NCBI GenBank assembly: GCA_021793315.1
Contig: JAJYSZ010000006.1
Location: 459-64,458 of the forward strand
DNA: 64,000 bases
From: Bacillota bacterium
GTDB lineage: Bacteria; Bacillota; Sulfobacillia; JAJZYS01; JAJYTV01
Direction of reading: 5' to 3'
Under the pieces are notes generated by a model. It did not search any database and was not told the DNA's origin. It saw nothing but the letters and a program-made list of their open reading frames with translations. Positions 10,323 through 20,005 of this stretch are shown here, piece after piece. Position 1 is the first letter of the stretch, and every line of letters starts with the position of its first letter. A program made the translations under genes and the position numbers.

Positions 10323-11175
10323 AAGTGTAGAACCCCCTGCCTGTCTTGCGGCCAAGCCGGCCCGCCGCCACCATCCGCGCCTGCAGCGGGTGCGGACGGT
10401 AGCGCGGTTCGCCGTAATAGGCCTGGAACATGGCTTCCGTGACGTGCAGGTTGACGTCGAGGCCAATGAGGTCCATCAGCTCGCACGGCCCCATCGGGAA
10501 GCCGCCGTCGCGCAGCGCCCGGTCCAGGTCGGCCGGCTCCTCGAGGCGCTCACCCAGCATGCGCAGGGCTTCACCGTAGAAGGGCCGCGCGACGCGGTTG
10601 ACGACGAAGCCGGGCGTGTCCTGGCAGAGGGCGGCCTCCTTGCCGAGCTCGCCGACGAAGCCGAGCGCCTGCCGGAGCACCCGCTCGTCCAGGTCGTCGT
10701 GACGCACCACCTCGACGAGCCGCATCGCAGGCACCGGGTTGAAAAAGTGCATGCCGAGCACGCGCTGGGCCGCACCTGACGCGGCGGCCAGGGCAGTGAT
10801 GGAAAGCGAGCTCGTATTGCTTGCGAGGACGGCAGGCGTGATATCGCGCAGCTCACGGAAGATCTGCTGCTTGACGCCCATGTTCTCGATCGCAGCCTCG
10901 ATCACGAGCGCCGATGACGCCAGATCCTGCAGGGACTCGACGGGCATCAGGCGCTTGTGGGCCTCGGCGGCGTCTTCTTCGCTCAGGCGGCCTTTCTGCA
11001 CCTGGCGTTCGATCCCGGCCGAAGCCTGCTTGGCCGCCTCCTGGGCCCGGCCAGGAATCTTATCGTAGATGCGCACAGGCACGCCCGCCTGCGCGACGAT
11101 CTGTGCGATGCCCTGCCCCATGGTGCCAGCACCGACAATGCCGACGCTCGCGAAGCTCGGGTTCGGGAGCACCAA
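10309..11175 (-). CDS. 3-hydroxyacyl-CoA dehydrogenase (PaaH/Hbd-like)
   Basis: GIVGAGTMGQGIA, VIEAAIEN, LASNTSSLSIT, GMHFFNPVP, DTPGFVVNR; TTG start behind GGAGGAGG. Confidence 0.92.
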   Translation of the reverse strand: MVLPNPSFASVGIVGAGTMGQGIAQIVAQAGVPVRIYDKIPGRAQEAAKQASAGIERQVQKGRLSEEDAAEAHKRLMPVESLQDLASSALVIEAAIENMGVKQQIFRELRDITPAVLASNTSSLSITALAAASGAAQRVLGMHFFNPVPAMRLVEVVRHDDLDERVLRQALGFVGELGKEAALCQDTPGFVVNRVARPFYGEALRMLGERLEEPADLDRALRDGGFPMGPCELMDLIGLDVNLHVTEAMFQAYYGEPRYRPHPLQARMVAAGRLGRKTGRGFYTYEQP

Positions 11176-11206
11176 CCGCGAGGACCTCCTCCGTAACGGG
11201 CTTGCC

Positions 11207-11992
11207 CTAAGCCTTCCAGTATATCGGTCTGCGCTTCTCCTTGAACGCGGCCACCCCTTCAACGTATTCCCCTGCGTGGCCCGCCTGTTCCTGCAACGCT
11301 GCCTCGTACGCCAACGCCTCCCGGATGGGCAGCTCGGCGCCGCGCCGCAGGGCCTTCTTCGTCAGTCCGAGCGCCTGGGCCGGCCCGTCCGCCAGCCGCC
11401 TGCAGAAATCCCAGGCAGCCGTATCGAGTTCGGCATCCGGATGGACGTGGTTGCACAGGCCCAGGGCAAGCGCCTGTGGGGCGTCGATCGGCTCCGCGAG
11501 CATCGCGAGCTCCATCGCGCGCCCGAGGCCGACAAGGCGCGGCAGCATGTAGGAGAGTCCGGAGTCCGGCACCAGCCCGATGCGGGAGAACGCGGCCACC
11601 AGCCGGCCGGACGCGCCCATCAGGCGCATGTCGGCCGCCAGCGCGAGGCTCATGCCCGCCCCCGCCGCAACGCCCTGCACCTTGGCCACGATCGGCTTCG
11701 GCATGCCGAGCATCGCCTCGATCAGCGGATTGTAAAGCGTCTTCAGCGACTCGCCGATCGACCGCCTGCCGTCTGTCTCCTCATCAAAGAGGTCCTGCCC
11801 GGAGCAGAAGCCCCTGCCCTCTGCCGACAAAAGCACGACCCGCACCTCGCGGCGCCGGCTCGCTGCCTTCATGGCCGCCTGCAGCTCGAGCTTGAGCGTG
11901 CGGTTGAGCGCGTTGAGGACCTGCGGCCGGTTCATGCGGATCTCCTGGACGCCTTCCTCTTCGCGCACGAGCAATGTCTCGTAACTGTCCAT
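11207..11992 (-). CDS. Enoyl-CoA hydratase/isomerase, PaaG-like
   Basis: NRPQVLNAL, RGFCSGQDL, GVAAGAGMSLALAAD, RIGLVPDSG, EGVAAFKEKR; start re-called to ATG 11992. Confidence 0.88.
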   Translation of the reverse strand: MDSYETLLVREEEGVQEIRMNRPQVLNALNRTLKLELQAAMKAASRRREVRVVLLSAEGRGFCSGQDLFDEETDGRRSIGESLKTLYNPLIEAMLGMPKPIVAKVQGVAAGAGMSLALAADMRLMGASGRLVAAFSRIGLVPDSGLSYMLPRLVGLGRAMELAMLAEPIDAPQALALGLCNHVHPDAELDTAAWDFCRRLADGPAQALGLTKKALRRGAELPIREALAYEAALQEQAGHAGEYVEGVAAFKEKRRPIYWKA

Positions 11993-11994
11993 GC

Positions 11995-12789
11995 CTACCT
12001 GCCCTGCCAGCGGGCGTCGCGCTTCTCGAGAAACGCCCGCATCCCTTCTTGCCGATCTTGCGTGCCGAACAGCAGGTAGAAGTTCTTGCGTTCCATGGCA
12101 AGTCCCTCCTCGAGCCCCGCCATGAAAGCGGCCTGCACCGACTCCTTCGCAAGCTGCGCCGCTACCGGGGCCATCCCCGCGACCTCCCTGGCCAGGCGCT
12201 CCGCCTCCGGCAGGGCCTGGCTGTCGGGCACCACGCGCGTGACGAGGCCCGCCTCGTAGAGTTCGCGACCGCTCAGGAGCCTTCCCGTCAGCACCATCTC
12301 CATCGCGCGCCACTTGCCGAGGGCCCGCGTGAGAAGCTGCGTGCCGCCGGCGCCCGGCATCACGCCCAGGCGGATCTCCGGCTGGCCGAAGCGCGCTCCC
12401 TCTCCGGCGACGATCAGGTCGGCCAGCATGGCGAGTTCCATGCCGCCACCGAGCGCCAGGCCCTCCACGGCTGCGACGATCGGCCGCTTCGTCGCGCGGA
12501 GCCGCTGCCAGAGGGCGAGGCGATCCTCCAAGATGAGGTCCACGGGCCCAGCCTCCGCCAGTTCCGCGATGTCCGCCCCTGCGGCGAACACCCCCCCTTG
12601 GCCGGTCAGGACGATCGCCCGCACCTCGGGGTCGCGGTCAAGCTGCGAGAGGGCTTGGGCAAGCGCCTCCATCAGCGCGAAGGAAAGTGCGTTGCGCACC
12701 TCGGGACGGTTCAGCGTGACGATGGCGACCGACAGCCGCCGCTCCACCAGGACGAGCGGCTGGCCCTCGTGCTCCGCGGCCTCCGTCAT
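11995..12789 (-). CDS. Enoyl-CoA hydratase, PaaF-like
   Basis: FAAGADI, ALGGGMELA, FGQPEIRLGVMPGAGGTQ, DRQEGMRAFLEKR. Confidence 0.9.
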   Translation of the reverse strand: MTEAAEHEGQPLVLVERRLSVAIVTLNRPEVRNALSFALMEALAQALSQLDRDPEVRAIVLTGQGGVFAAGADIAELAEAGPVDLILEDRLALWQRLRATKRPIVAAVEGLALGGGMELAMLADLIVAGEGARFGQPEIRLGVMPGAGGTQLLTRALGKWRAMEMVLTGRLLSGRELYEAGLVTRVVPDSQALPEAERLAREVAGMAPVAAQLAKESVQAAFMAGLEEGLAMERKNFYLLFGTQDRQEGMRAFLEKRDARWQGR

Positions 12790-13085
12790 GCCTCGACCTC
12801 CCGCACGGCGAAGTCGACGAGGCCCTGGGCAAACGCCATGAGGGCCCGCAGGGCCGCCCGGCTCTCAGGCGAGCGCTGGCTCGCCATGAGCGTGTCGCGG
12901 TCCGGGAAGTCGAGCGTGGCCATGTACCAGTAGGGCAGTTCCAGCCCGAGCCCCTCGACCGGCCCGGCCGAGATGCCCAGAAGTCCCGGCATCCTGGCCG
13001 CAAGCGGCAGATGTTCCGTGCGGTAGCGGTGCAGGAATACCTCCCTGTCCGCCGGCGGCCTGTAGAGTGCGATCAGCTGCACCAA
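12786..13085 (-). CDS. EthD-family protein
   Basis: LIALYRPPAD...F..RY..EH.PLA.RMPGL pattern; overlaps the next gene's start. Confidence 0.8.
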   Translation of the reverse strand: MVQLIALYRPPADREVFLHRYRTEHLPLAARMPGLLGISAGPVEGLGLELPYWYMATLDFPDRDTLMASQRSPESRAALRALMAFAQGLVDFAVREVEA

Positions 13086-13267
13086 GCGAATCTGCTCCCT
13101 TCCTCTTCCACCGTCCGACCGCAGTCTTCCTCCGAAGCAAACGCCGCGGGGCTGCGGCCCCGGTCATACGGACCTACCTCAGTGTCCATGTGGCCATCGC
13201 CTGCGCCGCAGGTCTTCGCCGCACAAGTGCGAATCCCTGGCTCAAAGAATCGCGGGAGGTGGCTGCG

Positions 13268-14863
13268 GTGGCGGGCTACAAGGAGGACTACGAGGCCTTT
13301 CGCTGGGACATCCCGGAGTACTACAACTTTGGCACCGATGTGGTAGATCGGCTGGCGGCCGATGAGCGACGGGCCCTGCGCTTCATGGCGCAGGACGGCA
13401 CGGTGCGCGAGTACTCCTTCCGGCAGATGGCCGAAGCCTCGGACGCCATCGGCCACGTGCTGCGCCGGGACGGCGTCGGGCGCGGCGACGGCGTGCTGAT
13501 CGTCCTGCCAAAGCTCCCCGCCTGGCACCAGACGATGGTCGCGGCGCTCAAGATCGGCGCGCTTGCGATCCCATGCTCGGAGATGCTGCGTCCGCGCGAC
13601 CTCCTGTACCGCACCACGCACTCCAGAGCCAAGGCGATCGTCACCACGCCAGAGCTGGCAGGGGTCGTCGAAGCGCTCTCGAACGACGCGCCGCCGCTGC
13701 GCTATGTGGTCGGCGGCGACCGGCCAGGTTTCCGCTCGCTGGACGCGGAGATGCAGACGGTCCCGTCAGGCTCTCCCGCCGTGCGCACCCGCAGCGACGA
13801 TCCCGCCCTCTGCTACTACACCTCCGGCACCACCGGCGAGCCGAAGGCCGTGCTGCACCTGCACCGCTACCCGATCGGTCACCGCGTGACCGCCCGCCAC
13901 TGGATAGGCATCACGCCCCAGGACCTCTTCTGGTCCACCTCCGCCACCGGCTGGGCCAAGGCCGCCTGGTCGGTGCTGTTCGGACCGTGGGAACTGGGCG
14001 TGCCGACGTTCATGTACGAAGGGCGCTTTGAGCCTCGGCGCCACCTCGAGATCCTCGCGGAACAGGGCATCACGGCGCTCTGCGCGCCCCCGACGGAGTT
14101 CCGCCTGCTCGTGAAGGAGGACCTCTCGCGCTACGACCTCAGCCATGTCCGCACGGCGGTCGCCGCCGGCGAGCCGCTGAATCCCGAGGTGATCCGGCTC
14201 TGGCGCGACGCCACGGGTGTGACGGTCCGCGACGGCTACGGCCAGACCGAGACGGTCTGCATCGTCGCGAACCACCCCGAGCTGCCTGTGCGCCTCGGGT
14301 CCATGGGCCTGCCGACACCGGGCCACGATGTGCGGGTGCTGGACCAGTCCGGTGCCGAGACGGAGCCGGGCGAGGTCGGCGACGTCGCCGTGCGCGACGA
14401 CGCACCGTCGATCTTCGCCGGCTACTGGCACGCCGAAGAGGCGACGCGGGCCACGAGGCGCGGCCGCTACTATGTCACCGGCGACCGCGCCTACCGCGAC
14501 GACGACGGCTACTTCTGGTTCGTCGGCCGGGCCGACGACATCATCATCTCCTCCGGGTACCGGATTGGTCCCTTCGAGGTGGAAAGTGCGCTCGTGGAGC
14601 ATCCCGCCGTGCTTGAGGCGGCGGTCGTCAGCTCGCCCGATCCTGACCGCGGAGAAGTCGTAAAGGCGTTCGTCACCTTGCGCCAGGGCTATGAGCCCAC
14701 CGCCGAGTTGGCCCGCGAGCTCCAGGAGCACTGCAAGCGCGTGACGGCGCCGTACAAGTACCCGCGCAAGATCGACTTCGTCGCGTCGCTGCCGAAGACG
14801 AGCTCGGGGAAGATCCGGCGCGTCGAGCTGCGCCAGCAGGAGTGGGCGGCGAAGGACGCCTGA
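13268..14863 (+). CDS. Acyl-CoA synthetase (short/medium-chain, ACSM-like)
   Basis: YYTSGTTGEPK, AGEPLNPE, DGYGQTET, TGDRAYRDDDGYFWFVGRADDII, RIGPFEVE, LPKTSSGKI; GTG 13268 behind GGGAGG. Confidence 0.92.
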   Translation: MAGYKEDYEAFRWDIPEYYNFGTDVVDRLAADERRALRFMAQDGTVREYSFRQMAEASDAIGHVLRRDGVGRGDGVLIVLPKLPAWHQTMVAALKIGALAIPCSEMLRPRDLLYRTTHSRAKAIVTTPELAGVVEALSNDAPPLRYVVGGDRPGFRSLDAEMQTVPSGSPAVRTRSDDPALCYYTSGTTGEPKAVLHLHRYPIGHRVTARHWIGITPQDLFWSTSATGWAKAAWSVLFGPWELGVPTFMYEGRFEPRRHLEILAEQGITALCAPPTEFRLLVKEDLSRYDLSHVRTAVAAGEPLNPEVIRLWRDATGVTVRDGYGQTETVCIVANHPELPVRLGSMGLPTPGHDVRVLDQSGAETEPGEVGDVAVRDDAPSIFAGYWHAEEATRATRRGRYYVTGDRAYRDDDGYFWFVGRADDIIISSGYRIGPFEVESALVEHPAVLEAAVVSSPDPDRGEVVKAFVTLRQGYEPTAELARELQEHCKRVTAPYKYPRKIDFVASLPKTSSGKIRRVELRQQEWAAKDA

Positions 14864-15044
14864 ATTCGTGCGCGCGTGGCGGCGGCAGGAAGGTATGCAG
14901 GCGAATCTCTAGGCCCGGGCCTTCGCCGTCTTCCCGACGGGACGTGCCGCTCTTTGGGGGCGCGTCCTTATGCCCGCCGCGGCTGCGAGCGTTCCACCTC
15001 ATGTCATGTCCCATGAGGGAACTGCCGTAGAGGAGCATGACCAA

Positions 15045-15072
15045 GGAGGACGCGCCCTTTGGCGCGCCCTCC
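15045..15072 (-). terminator. Hairpin downstream of spoVT
   Basis: GGAGG-a-CGCGCC-cttt-GGCGCG-c-CCTCC; weak U tract. Confidence 0.45.
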
Positions 15073-15091
15073 CGTGTTCAGGCGGCTGCTC

Positions 15092-15649
15092 TTACTGCTC
15101 CATCTGCTTTCCGAGGAAGCCCGCGGCCGTTTCCGCCAGCTTGCGCTCGATGTCGCCCATCTGCACGCCTGGTTCCTTCGTGCAGAGGATGACCGCGCCA
15201 ATCGGGTCGCCCTCAGCAATGATCGGGGCCACCACCATGGACGTGAAGCGCGTCTCGTCCTCGTCGTCGCCGATGAGGGCGCCCTTCGGCTTTTCGCCAG
15301 GTCGCGGTCCGATGTAGACCTGCCGATCTTCCATGCAGCGCTCCGTCAGGGATCCTACCGCCTTGTTGAGGAACTCCTTCTTCGGAGCACCGGCGACGGC
15401 AATGACTGCGTCGCGATCGGCGATCACGGCGATATGCCCGACCGCCTCGTTCAGAGAGTCTGCGTACTCCTTGGCGAACTCGCCGAGCTCACCGATCGGT
15501 GAGTACTTCTTGAGGATCACTTCGCCGTCCCGATCCACGAAGATCTCGAGCGGGTCGCCATCCCTGATCCGCAAGGTACGACGGATCTCCTTGGGAATTA
15601 CCACACGGCCGAGATCGTCGATACGGCGAACGATTCCGGTAGCCTTCAC
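15092..15649 (-). CDS. spoVT: Stage V sporulation protein T (AbrB-fold + GAF)
   Basis: MKATGIVRRIDDLGRVVIPKEIRRTLRIRDGDPLEIFVD..VILKKYSPIGEL; downstream of mfd as in other spore formers. Confidence 0.97.
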   Translation of the reverse strand: MKATGIVRRIDDLGRVVIPKEIRRTLRIRDGDPLEIFVDRDGEVILKKYSPIGELGEFAKEYADSLNEAVGHIAVIADRDAVIAVAGAPKKEFLNKAVGSLTERCMEDRQVYIGPRPGEKPKGALIGDDEDETRFTSMVVAPIIAEGDPIGAVILCTKEPGVQMGDIERKLAETAAGFLGKQMEQ

Positions 15650-15684
15650 CCTGCTCCCCCCTCGGCCGGTAGTTTTGCCAACCG

Positions 15685-15714
15685 TAGTATATTTAGCCCC
15701 TCTGCGCCCTATGC
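15685..15714 (-). promoter_or_regulatory. Forespore sigmaG/sigmaF-type promoter for spoVT
   Basis: Minus strand GCATA-N17-ATATACTA; spoVT is sigmaG-dependent in Bacillus subtilis. Confidence 0.6.
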
Positions 15715-15850
15715 AGGATTTTTCCAGTTCCTGCAGGCAGCACCGAAAGCCCGTCCTCCTCGACCGGGAGGCCGGTTGGCAGGCTCATTACAGGCTTCGT
15801 GGCTAAGAGAGCATTTCTGGGGGTGCTTGGGCCAGCGTTCGACAGGATTC

Positions 15851-18800
15851 TCAGGCGGTGGCTTGGCTCGGTTTGAGGAAATCGAAGAGCTCCTCGATCG
15901 CGGTCAGCATCTCGGGCCCCGACGCTCCCGGCAGACGCAGGGCGACGTAGGGGCTCTGCCCGGCGAAGACCGTCGCGCGCCCGCGATAGCGGATCGGCAG
16001 TTCCTTGAGGCGCTCACGCGACACGGCGCCCAGGCTGCGCATGCTCAGCACCACTTCGCCGCGCTCGCGGCGGATGCCGCTCACGCCGAGCTCCTCGCCG
16101 CGCAGCCGGATGCTCGCGACGCGGAAGAGGCTGTCGATCGGCTGGGGAAGCTCGCCGAAGCGGTCCTCCACCTCCTCGTACAGATCCTGGACCTCCGCCC
16201 CGTCCTGGGCAGCCGCCAGACGCTTGTAGATCTCGATCTTCTGGCGGGGATCCTGCACGTAATCGCCTGGCACGAAGGCATCCACCGGCAGGTCCAGCGA
16301 CGGCAGGTGGTGCTCCACCTGCACCTCCCCCTTGAGCTCGCGCACGGCTTCCTCGAGCATCTGGCTGTAGAGGTCGAAACCGACGTCGACGATGAACCCA
16401 TGCTGCTCCGCGCCGAGGATGTTGCCGGCTCCGCGGATCTCGAGGTCTCGCATGGCAAGCTTGAAACCGGCACCGAACTCGGTGAATTCGCGGATCGCCT
16501 CAAGCCGCTTCTCGGCCACCTCACTCAGGACCTGGTCGCGGCGGTAGGTGAAGTAGGCGTAGGCAAGCCGGTTCGAGCGGCCGATGCGGCCGCGCAGCTG
16601 ATAGAGCTGCGAGAGCCCGAGCCTGTCCGCATCCTCGACGATCAGGGTGTTCACCCGGGGCATGTCAAGACCGGACTCGATGATCGTCGTGGAGAGCAGC
16701 ACATCATACTCCCCGTCCAGGAAGTGCTGCATCGTCTGCTCGAGCACGTGCTCCGGCATCTGGCCATGCCCGATGGCGATCCTCGCCTCCGGCACGAGGC
16801 GCTGCAGCATCAGCTGCGCGGCCTCGATCGTCTGCACGCGGTTATGGACGTAGAACACCTGCCCGCCGCGGCCGATCTCGCGCCGCAGCGCGTCCTGGAC
16901 GAGCTCCTCCCCCCACTCGGCGACATACGTCTGCACGGGGAAGCGGTCCTCGGGCGGCGTGTCGATCGTGGAGAGGTCGCGCAGGCCGACAAGGCCCATG
17001 TGCAGGGTGCGGGGGATCGGCGTCGCCGTGAGGGTCAGCACGTCGACGCTGGCGCGCAGCGCCTTCAGGCGCTCTTTGTGGCGCACGCCGAAGCGCTGCT
17101 CCTCGTCGACCACGACGAGGCCGAGGTCGTGGAACTGCACGTCCTGCGCCAGCAGGCGGTGCGTGCCGATCAGCACGTCGATGCTGCCGCGCCGCAGGCG
17201 CCGCAGCACGTCGGCCTGCTCCTTCGCGCTGCGGAACCGCGACAGCAGCTCCACCTCGACCGGGAAGCCCGCGAAGCGCTGCTGGAAGGTGTTGAAGTGC
17301 TGCTGCGCCAGGATCGTGGTGGGCACCAGAATGGCCACCTGCCGCCCGTCCAGCGCCGCCTTGAAGGCCGCGCGCACCGCCACCTCCGTCTTGCCGTAAC
17401 CGACGTCGCCGCAGAGCAGCCTGTCCATCGGCCGCGGGCGCTCGAGGTCCCGCTTGACCTCCTCGATCGCCCGGCGCTGATCCGGCGTCTCCTCGTAGGG
17501 GAAGGCATCCTCAAGCTTCTGCATCCATTCGCCGTCCGGCGAGAAGGCATGCCCCGGCGTGGCCTCGCGGCGTGCGTAGATCTCCAGGAGCTCCACCGCC
17601 ATCTCGCGTACCGAGGTTTGGACGCGCGCCTTCACCTTGTGCCAATCGTTGCCGCCTAACCGGTAGAGGCGGGGCTCCTGCCCCTCCTGGCCGACATACT
17701 TCTGCACGAGGTCGATCTGCTCCACAGGTACGTAAAGCTTGTCTCCCTGGGCGTAACTGAGGTGGAGGTACTCCTTGCGGACGCCCTCGATCTCCATCGC
17801 GCGCATGCCGAGGTAGCGGCCGATGCCGTGGTGGACATGGACGACGTAATCGCCGGGTCTCAGCTCCGCCGTGCTCCTGAGGCGCTTCTGGCCCTCCTCG
17901 GCGGCGCGTGGCCGGATGGCCCGCCGCTTCTCGCGGCCGAAGACCTCGCCGTCGCTCAGGAGCCAGAGCGCGATGCCGGGCAGGTGAAAGCCGCTCTGCA
18001 GAGCGGCGGGTACCAGCAGCACCTCGCCAGGCTCGGGGGCGTCGCGCAGCGTGCCCTCGCGCGGCTGCACGCCGTTCTTCACGAGTTCCTGGCGCAGGCG
18101 CTCCTGGCGCTCGGGCGTGGCGGCGAGTAGCACGACGCGATAGCCGCCGTCGCGGTGGCGCTCGAGTTCCTTCAGGAAGAGCGGCCACTGGCCCTGGAAG
18201 TTCTCCACGGGGCGGGACGCGATCGAGACGACGCTGCCGAGCGTGGAGTGCCCGATGCGCCGCGCCAGGATGGTGAAGGCAACGCGGTGGCGCCGTCGCA
18301 GGGCCGCCTCGGCTTCCGCCTCCGGCACGAGCACCTCGCCCTGACGCGGCAGGATCGCTCCCTCGCCGAGCAGGGCCAGCGAGCGATCCTGCGCCAGGCG
18401 ATGCGCAGCGCGGGCGGCCTCCCAGGCACGGTCAGGGTCGGACAGCAGCACGAGGCCGTCCTCCGGCAGGTAGTCGATCAGGCTCGCGCCGGTACTGTAG
18501 AAGAAGGCATGGAAGCGCTCCGCGCCTTGTCCGGCCGGCATGCCATCCCAGCCCTCGACAACGTGGCCGATGCGCTCCTCCAGGCGCTCGGCGATGTCCA
18601 GGCGCTCGGCGCGGCGCAGGCGCGCGATCTGCAAGGCAAGTTCGCGCCGGATCAGCGTCATGCCCTGTTGGGCCAACGCCTCCGACAGGACGAGTTCGCT
18701 CGCCGGGCCGATGGAGATCTCCGTCAGGCTGGAGAGGGAGCGCTGCGTCTCGGGATCGAAGCTGCGCAGGCTCTCGATCTCGTCGTCGAACAGGTCGACG

Positions 18801-19402
18801 CGCACCGGGGCGTCCTCCCCCAGGCCGAAGACGTCGAGAATGCTGCCGCGCACCGCGAACTGGCCAGGCGCGTCCACCCGTTCCTCACGCGCATAGCCGA
18901 GGCGCGCCAGCGCTGCCTCGGTGCGCCGCAGGTCCAGGCGCTGGCCGGTCCTCAGGTCCAGAGCCGCCGCAGCGGCCACGTCGGGCGGCGTCAGGCGCGA
19001 GATGGCCGCCTCGAGCGACGCCACCACCACCACGTCGCGTCCCGCCAGCAGCCGGGATTGGGCGTGCAGGCGTGCGGCGATGCGCCCCTTGGACTCGGCG
19101 ATCACCTCGAAGGGCAGGACCTCGCGCTCCGGGTAGTAGAGCACCTCGCGTTCGGGCAGCAGGGTGCTGAGGTCCGCCTGCAGGCGCTCGGCCGCCTGCG
19201 GGGTGGGCAGGAGCCAGAGAGCGGGGCCCGGACGGTCACGCAAAAGCGCAGCCACCAGGTAGGCGCGCTCCGCCCCCTGCAGGCCGACCACCAGTTGTTC
19301 CGTCGGAGCGCCGCTGAGGCTCTGGCGCAAGGCCCGATACTCAGGGGCACTGTGCCACAGTGCCGTGAGCTCCAATCGCGTCCCCCCAAACGCAGCGTCC
19401 AA
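15851..19402 (-). CDS. mfd: Transcription-repair coupling factor
   Basis: CarD-like GDYVVHVHHGIGRY, CGDVGYGKT, DEEQRFGV, TATPIPRTL, QLRGRIGRS, DLEIRGAGNILG. Confidence 0.98.
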   Translation of the reverse strand: MDAAFGGTRLELTALWHSAPEYRALRQSLSGAPTEQLVVGLQGAERAYLVAALLRDRPGPALWLLPTPQAAERLQADLSTLLPEREVLYYPEREVLPFEVIAESKGRIAARLHAQSRLLAGRDVVVVASLEAAISRLTPPDVAAAAALDLRTGQRLDLRRTEAALARLGYAREERVDAPGQFAVRGSILDVFGLGEDAPVRVDLFDDEIESLRSFDPETQRSLSSLTEISIGPASELVLSEALAQQGMTLIRRELALQIARLRRAERLDIAERLEERIGHVVEGWDGMPAGQGAERFHAFFYSTGASLIDYLPEDGLVLLSDPDRAWEAARAAHRLAQDRSLALLGEGAILPRQGEVLVPEAEAEAALRRRHRVAFTILARRIGHSTLGSVVSIASRPVENFQGQWPLFLKELERHRDGGYRVVLLAATPERQERLRQELVKNGVQPREGTLRDAPEPGEVLLVPAALQSGFHLPGIALWLLSDGEVFGREKRRAIRPRAAEEGQKRLRSTAELRPGDYVVHVHHGIGRYLGMRAMEIEGVRKEYLHLSYAQGDKLYVPVEQIDLVQKYVGQEGQEPRLYRLGGNDWHKVKARVQTSVREMAVELLEIYARREATPGHAFSPDGEWMQKLEDAFPYEETPDQRRAIEEVKRDLERPRPMDRLLCGDVGYGKTEVAVRAAFKAALDGRQVAILVPTTILAQQHFNTFQQRFAGFPVEVELLSRFRSAKEQADVLRRLRRGSIDVLIGTHRLLAQDVQFHDLGLVVVDEEQRFGVRHKERLKALRASVDVLTLTATPIPRTLHMGLVGLRDLSTIDTPPEDRFPVQTYVAEWGEELVQDALRREIGRGGQVFYVHNRVQTIEAAQLMLQRLVPEARIAIGHGQMPEHVLEQTMQHFLDGEYDVLLSTTIIESGLDMPRVNTLIVEDADRLGLSQLYQLRGRIGRSNRLAYAYFTYRRDQVLSEVAEKRLEAIREFTEFGAGFKLAMRDLEIRGAGNILGAEQHGFIVDVGFDLYSQMLEEAVRELKGEVQVEHHLPSLDLPVDAFVPGDYVQDPRQKIEIYKRLAAAQDGAEVQDLYEEVEDRFGELPQPIDSLFRVASIRLRGEELGVSGIRRERGEVVLSMRSLGAVSRERLKELPIRYRGRATVFAGQSPYVALRLPGASGPEMLTAIEELFDFLKPSQATA

Positions 19403-19423
19403 GGGCGCTGTCTCTCTCTCTAC

Positions 19424-20005
19424 CTATGCCGGATAGCTGCGGCCGTTGAATGTGTTCATGGCCGCCTCGATGCCGTCCTCCACCGCGGTGCGCAGGCACT
19501 GCACGGCGAGTTCGACGGCCCAGGCAAGGCGCACGGCGTCCTCGCCGCGTGCCGCCCCAAGCACGAAGCGTACCACATCGTCGTCCGGCGGCCTGCCGAT
19601 GCCGACCCGCAGGCGCGCAAAGCGCTGGGTGCCGAGCTCCGCAATGATGGACTTGAGACCATTGTGCCCGCCTGCGCTGCCTTCGGCGCGCAGCCTGAGC
19701 TGACCCGCGGACAGGTCAAGATCGTCGCACACGCAAAGGACGTCCTCCGGCGCGATGCCCAGGGCACGGGCCGCCTGGCTCACCGACCTGCCGGAAAGGT
19801 TCATGAACGTCGTGGGCTTGAGCAGGTAGAGCGGCGACGGGCCGCTGCCCTTCGCGAGGTAGCCCTGGTACGGGCTGCGGCGGAACGAAAGGCGCTGTTC
19901 GCGCGCAAAGGTATCGAGCACGCGAAAGCCGATGTTGTGCCTTGTGCCGTGGTATTCAAGTCCCGGGTTGCCGAGCCCGCAGAGGAGCCGCGGCGTCTGG
20001 CTCAT
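19424..20005 (-). CDS. pth: Peptidyl-tRNA hydrolase
   Basis: GLGNPG.EY..TRHNIGF, KPTTFMNLSG, GGHNGLKSII, RLRVGIGRP. Confidence 0.97.
   Translation of the reverse strand: MSQTPRLLCGLGNPGLEYHGTRHNIGFRVLDTFAREQRLSFRRSPYQGYLAKGSGPSPLYLLKPTTFMNLSGRSVSQAARALGIAPEDVLCVCDDLDLSAGQLRLRAEGSAGGHNGLKSIIAELGTQRFARLRVGIGRPPDDDVVRFVLGAARGEDAVRLAWAVELAVQCLRTAVEDGIEAAMNTFNGRSYPA

Noticed and set aside
14864-15044. Small ORFs between the acyl-CoA synthetase and spoVT
   Set aside because: No SD or recognisable motifs; likely non-coding 3' regions of convergent genes
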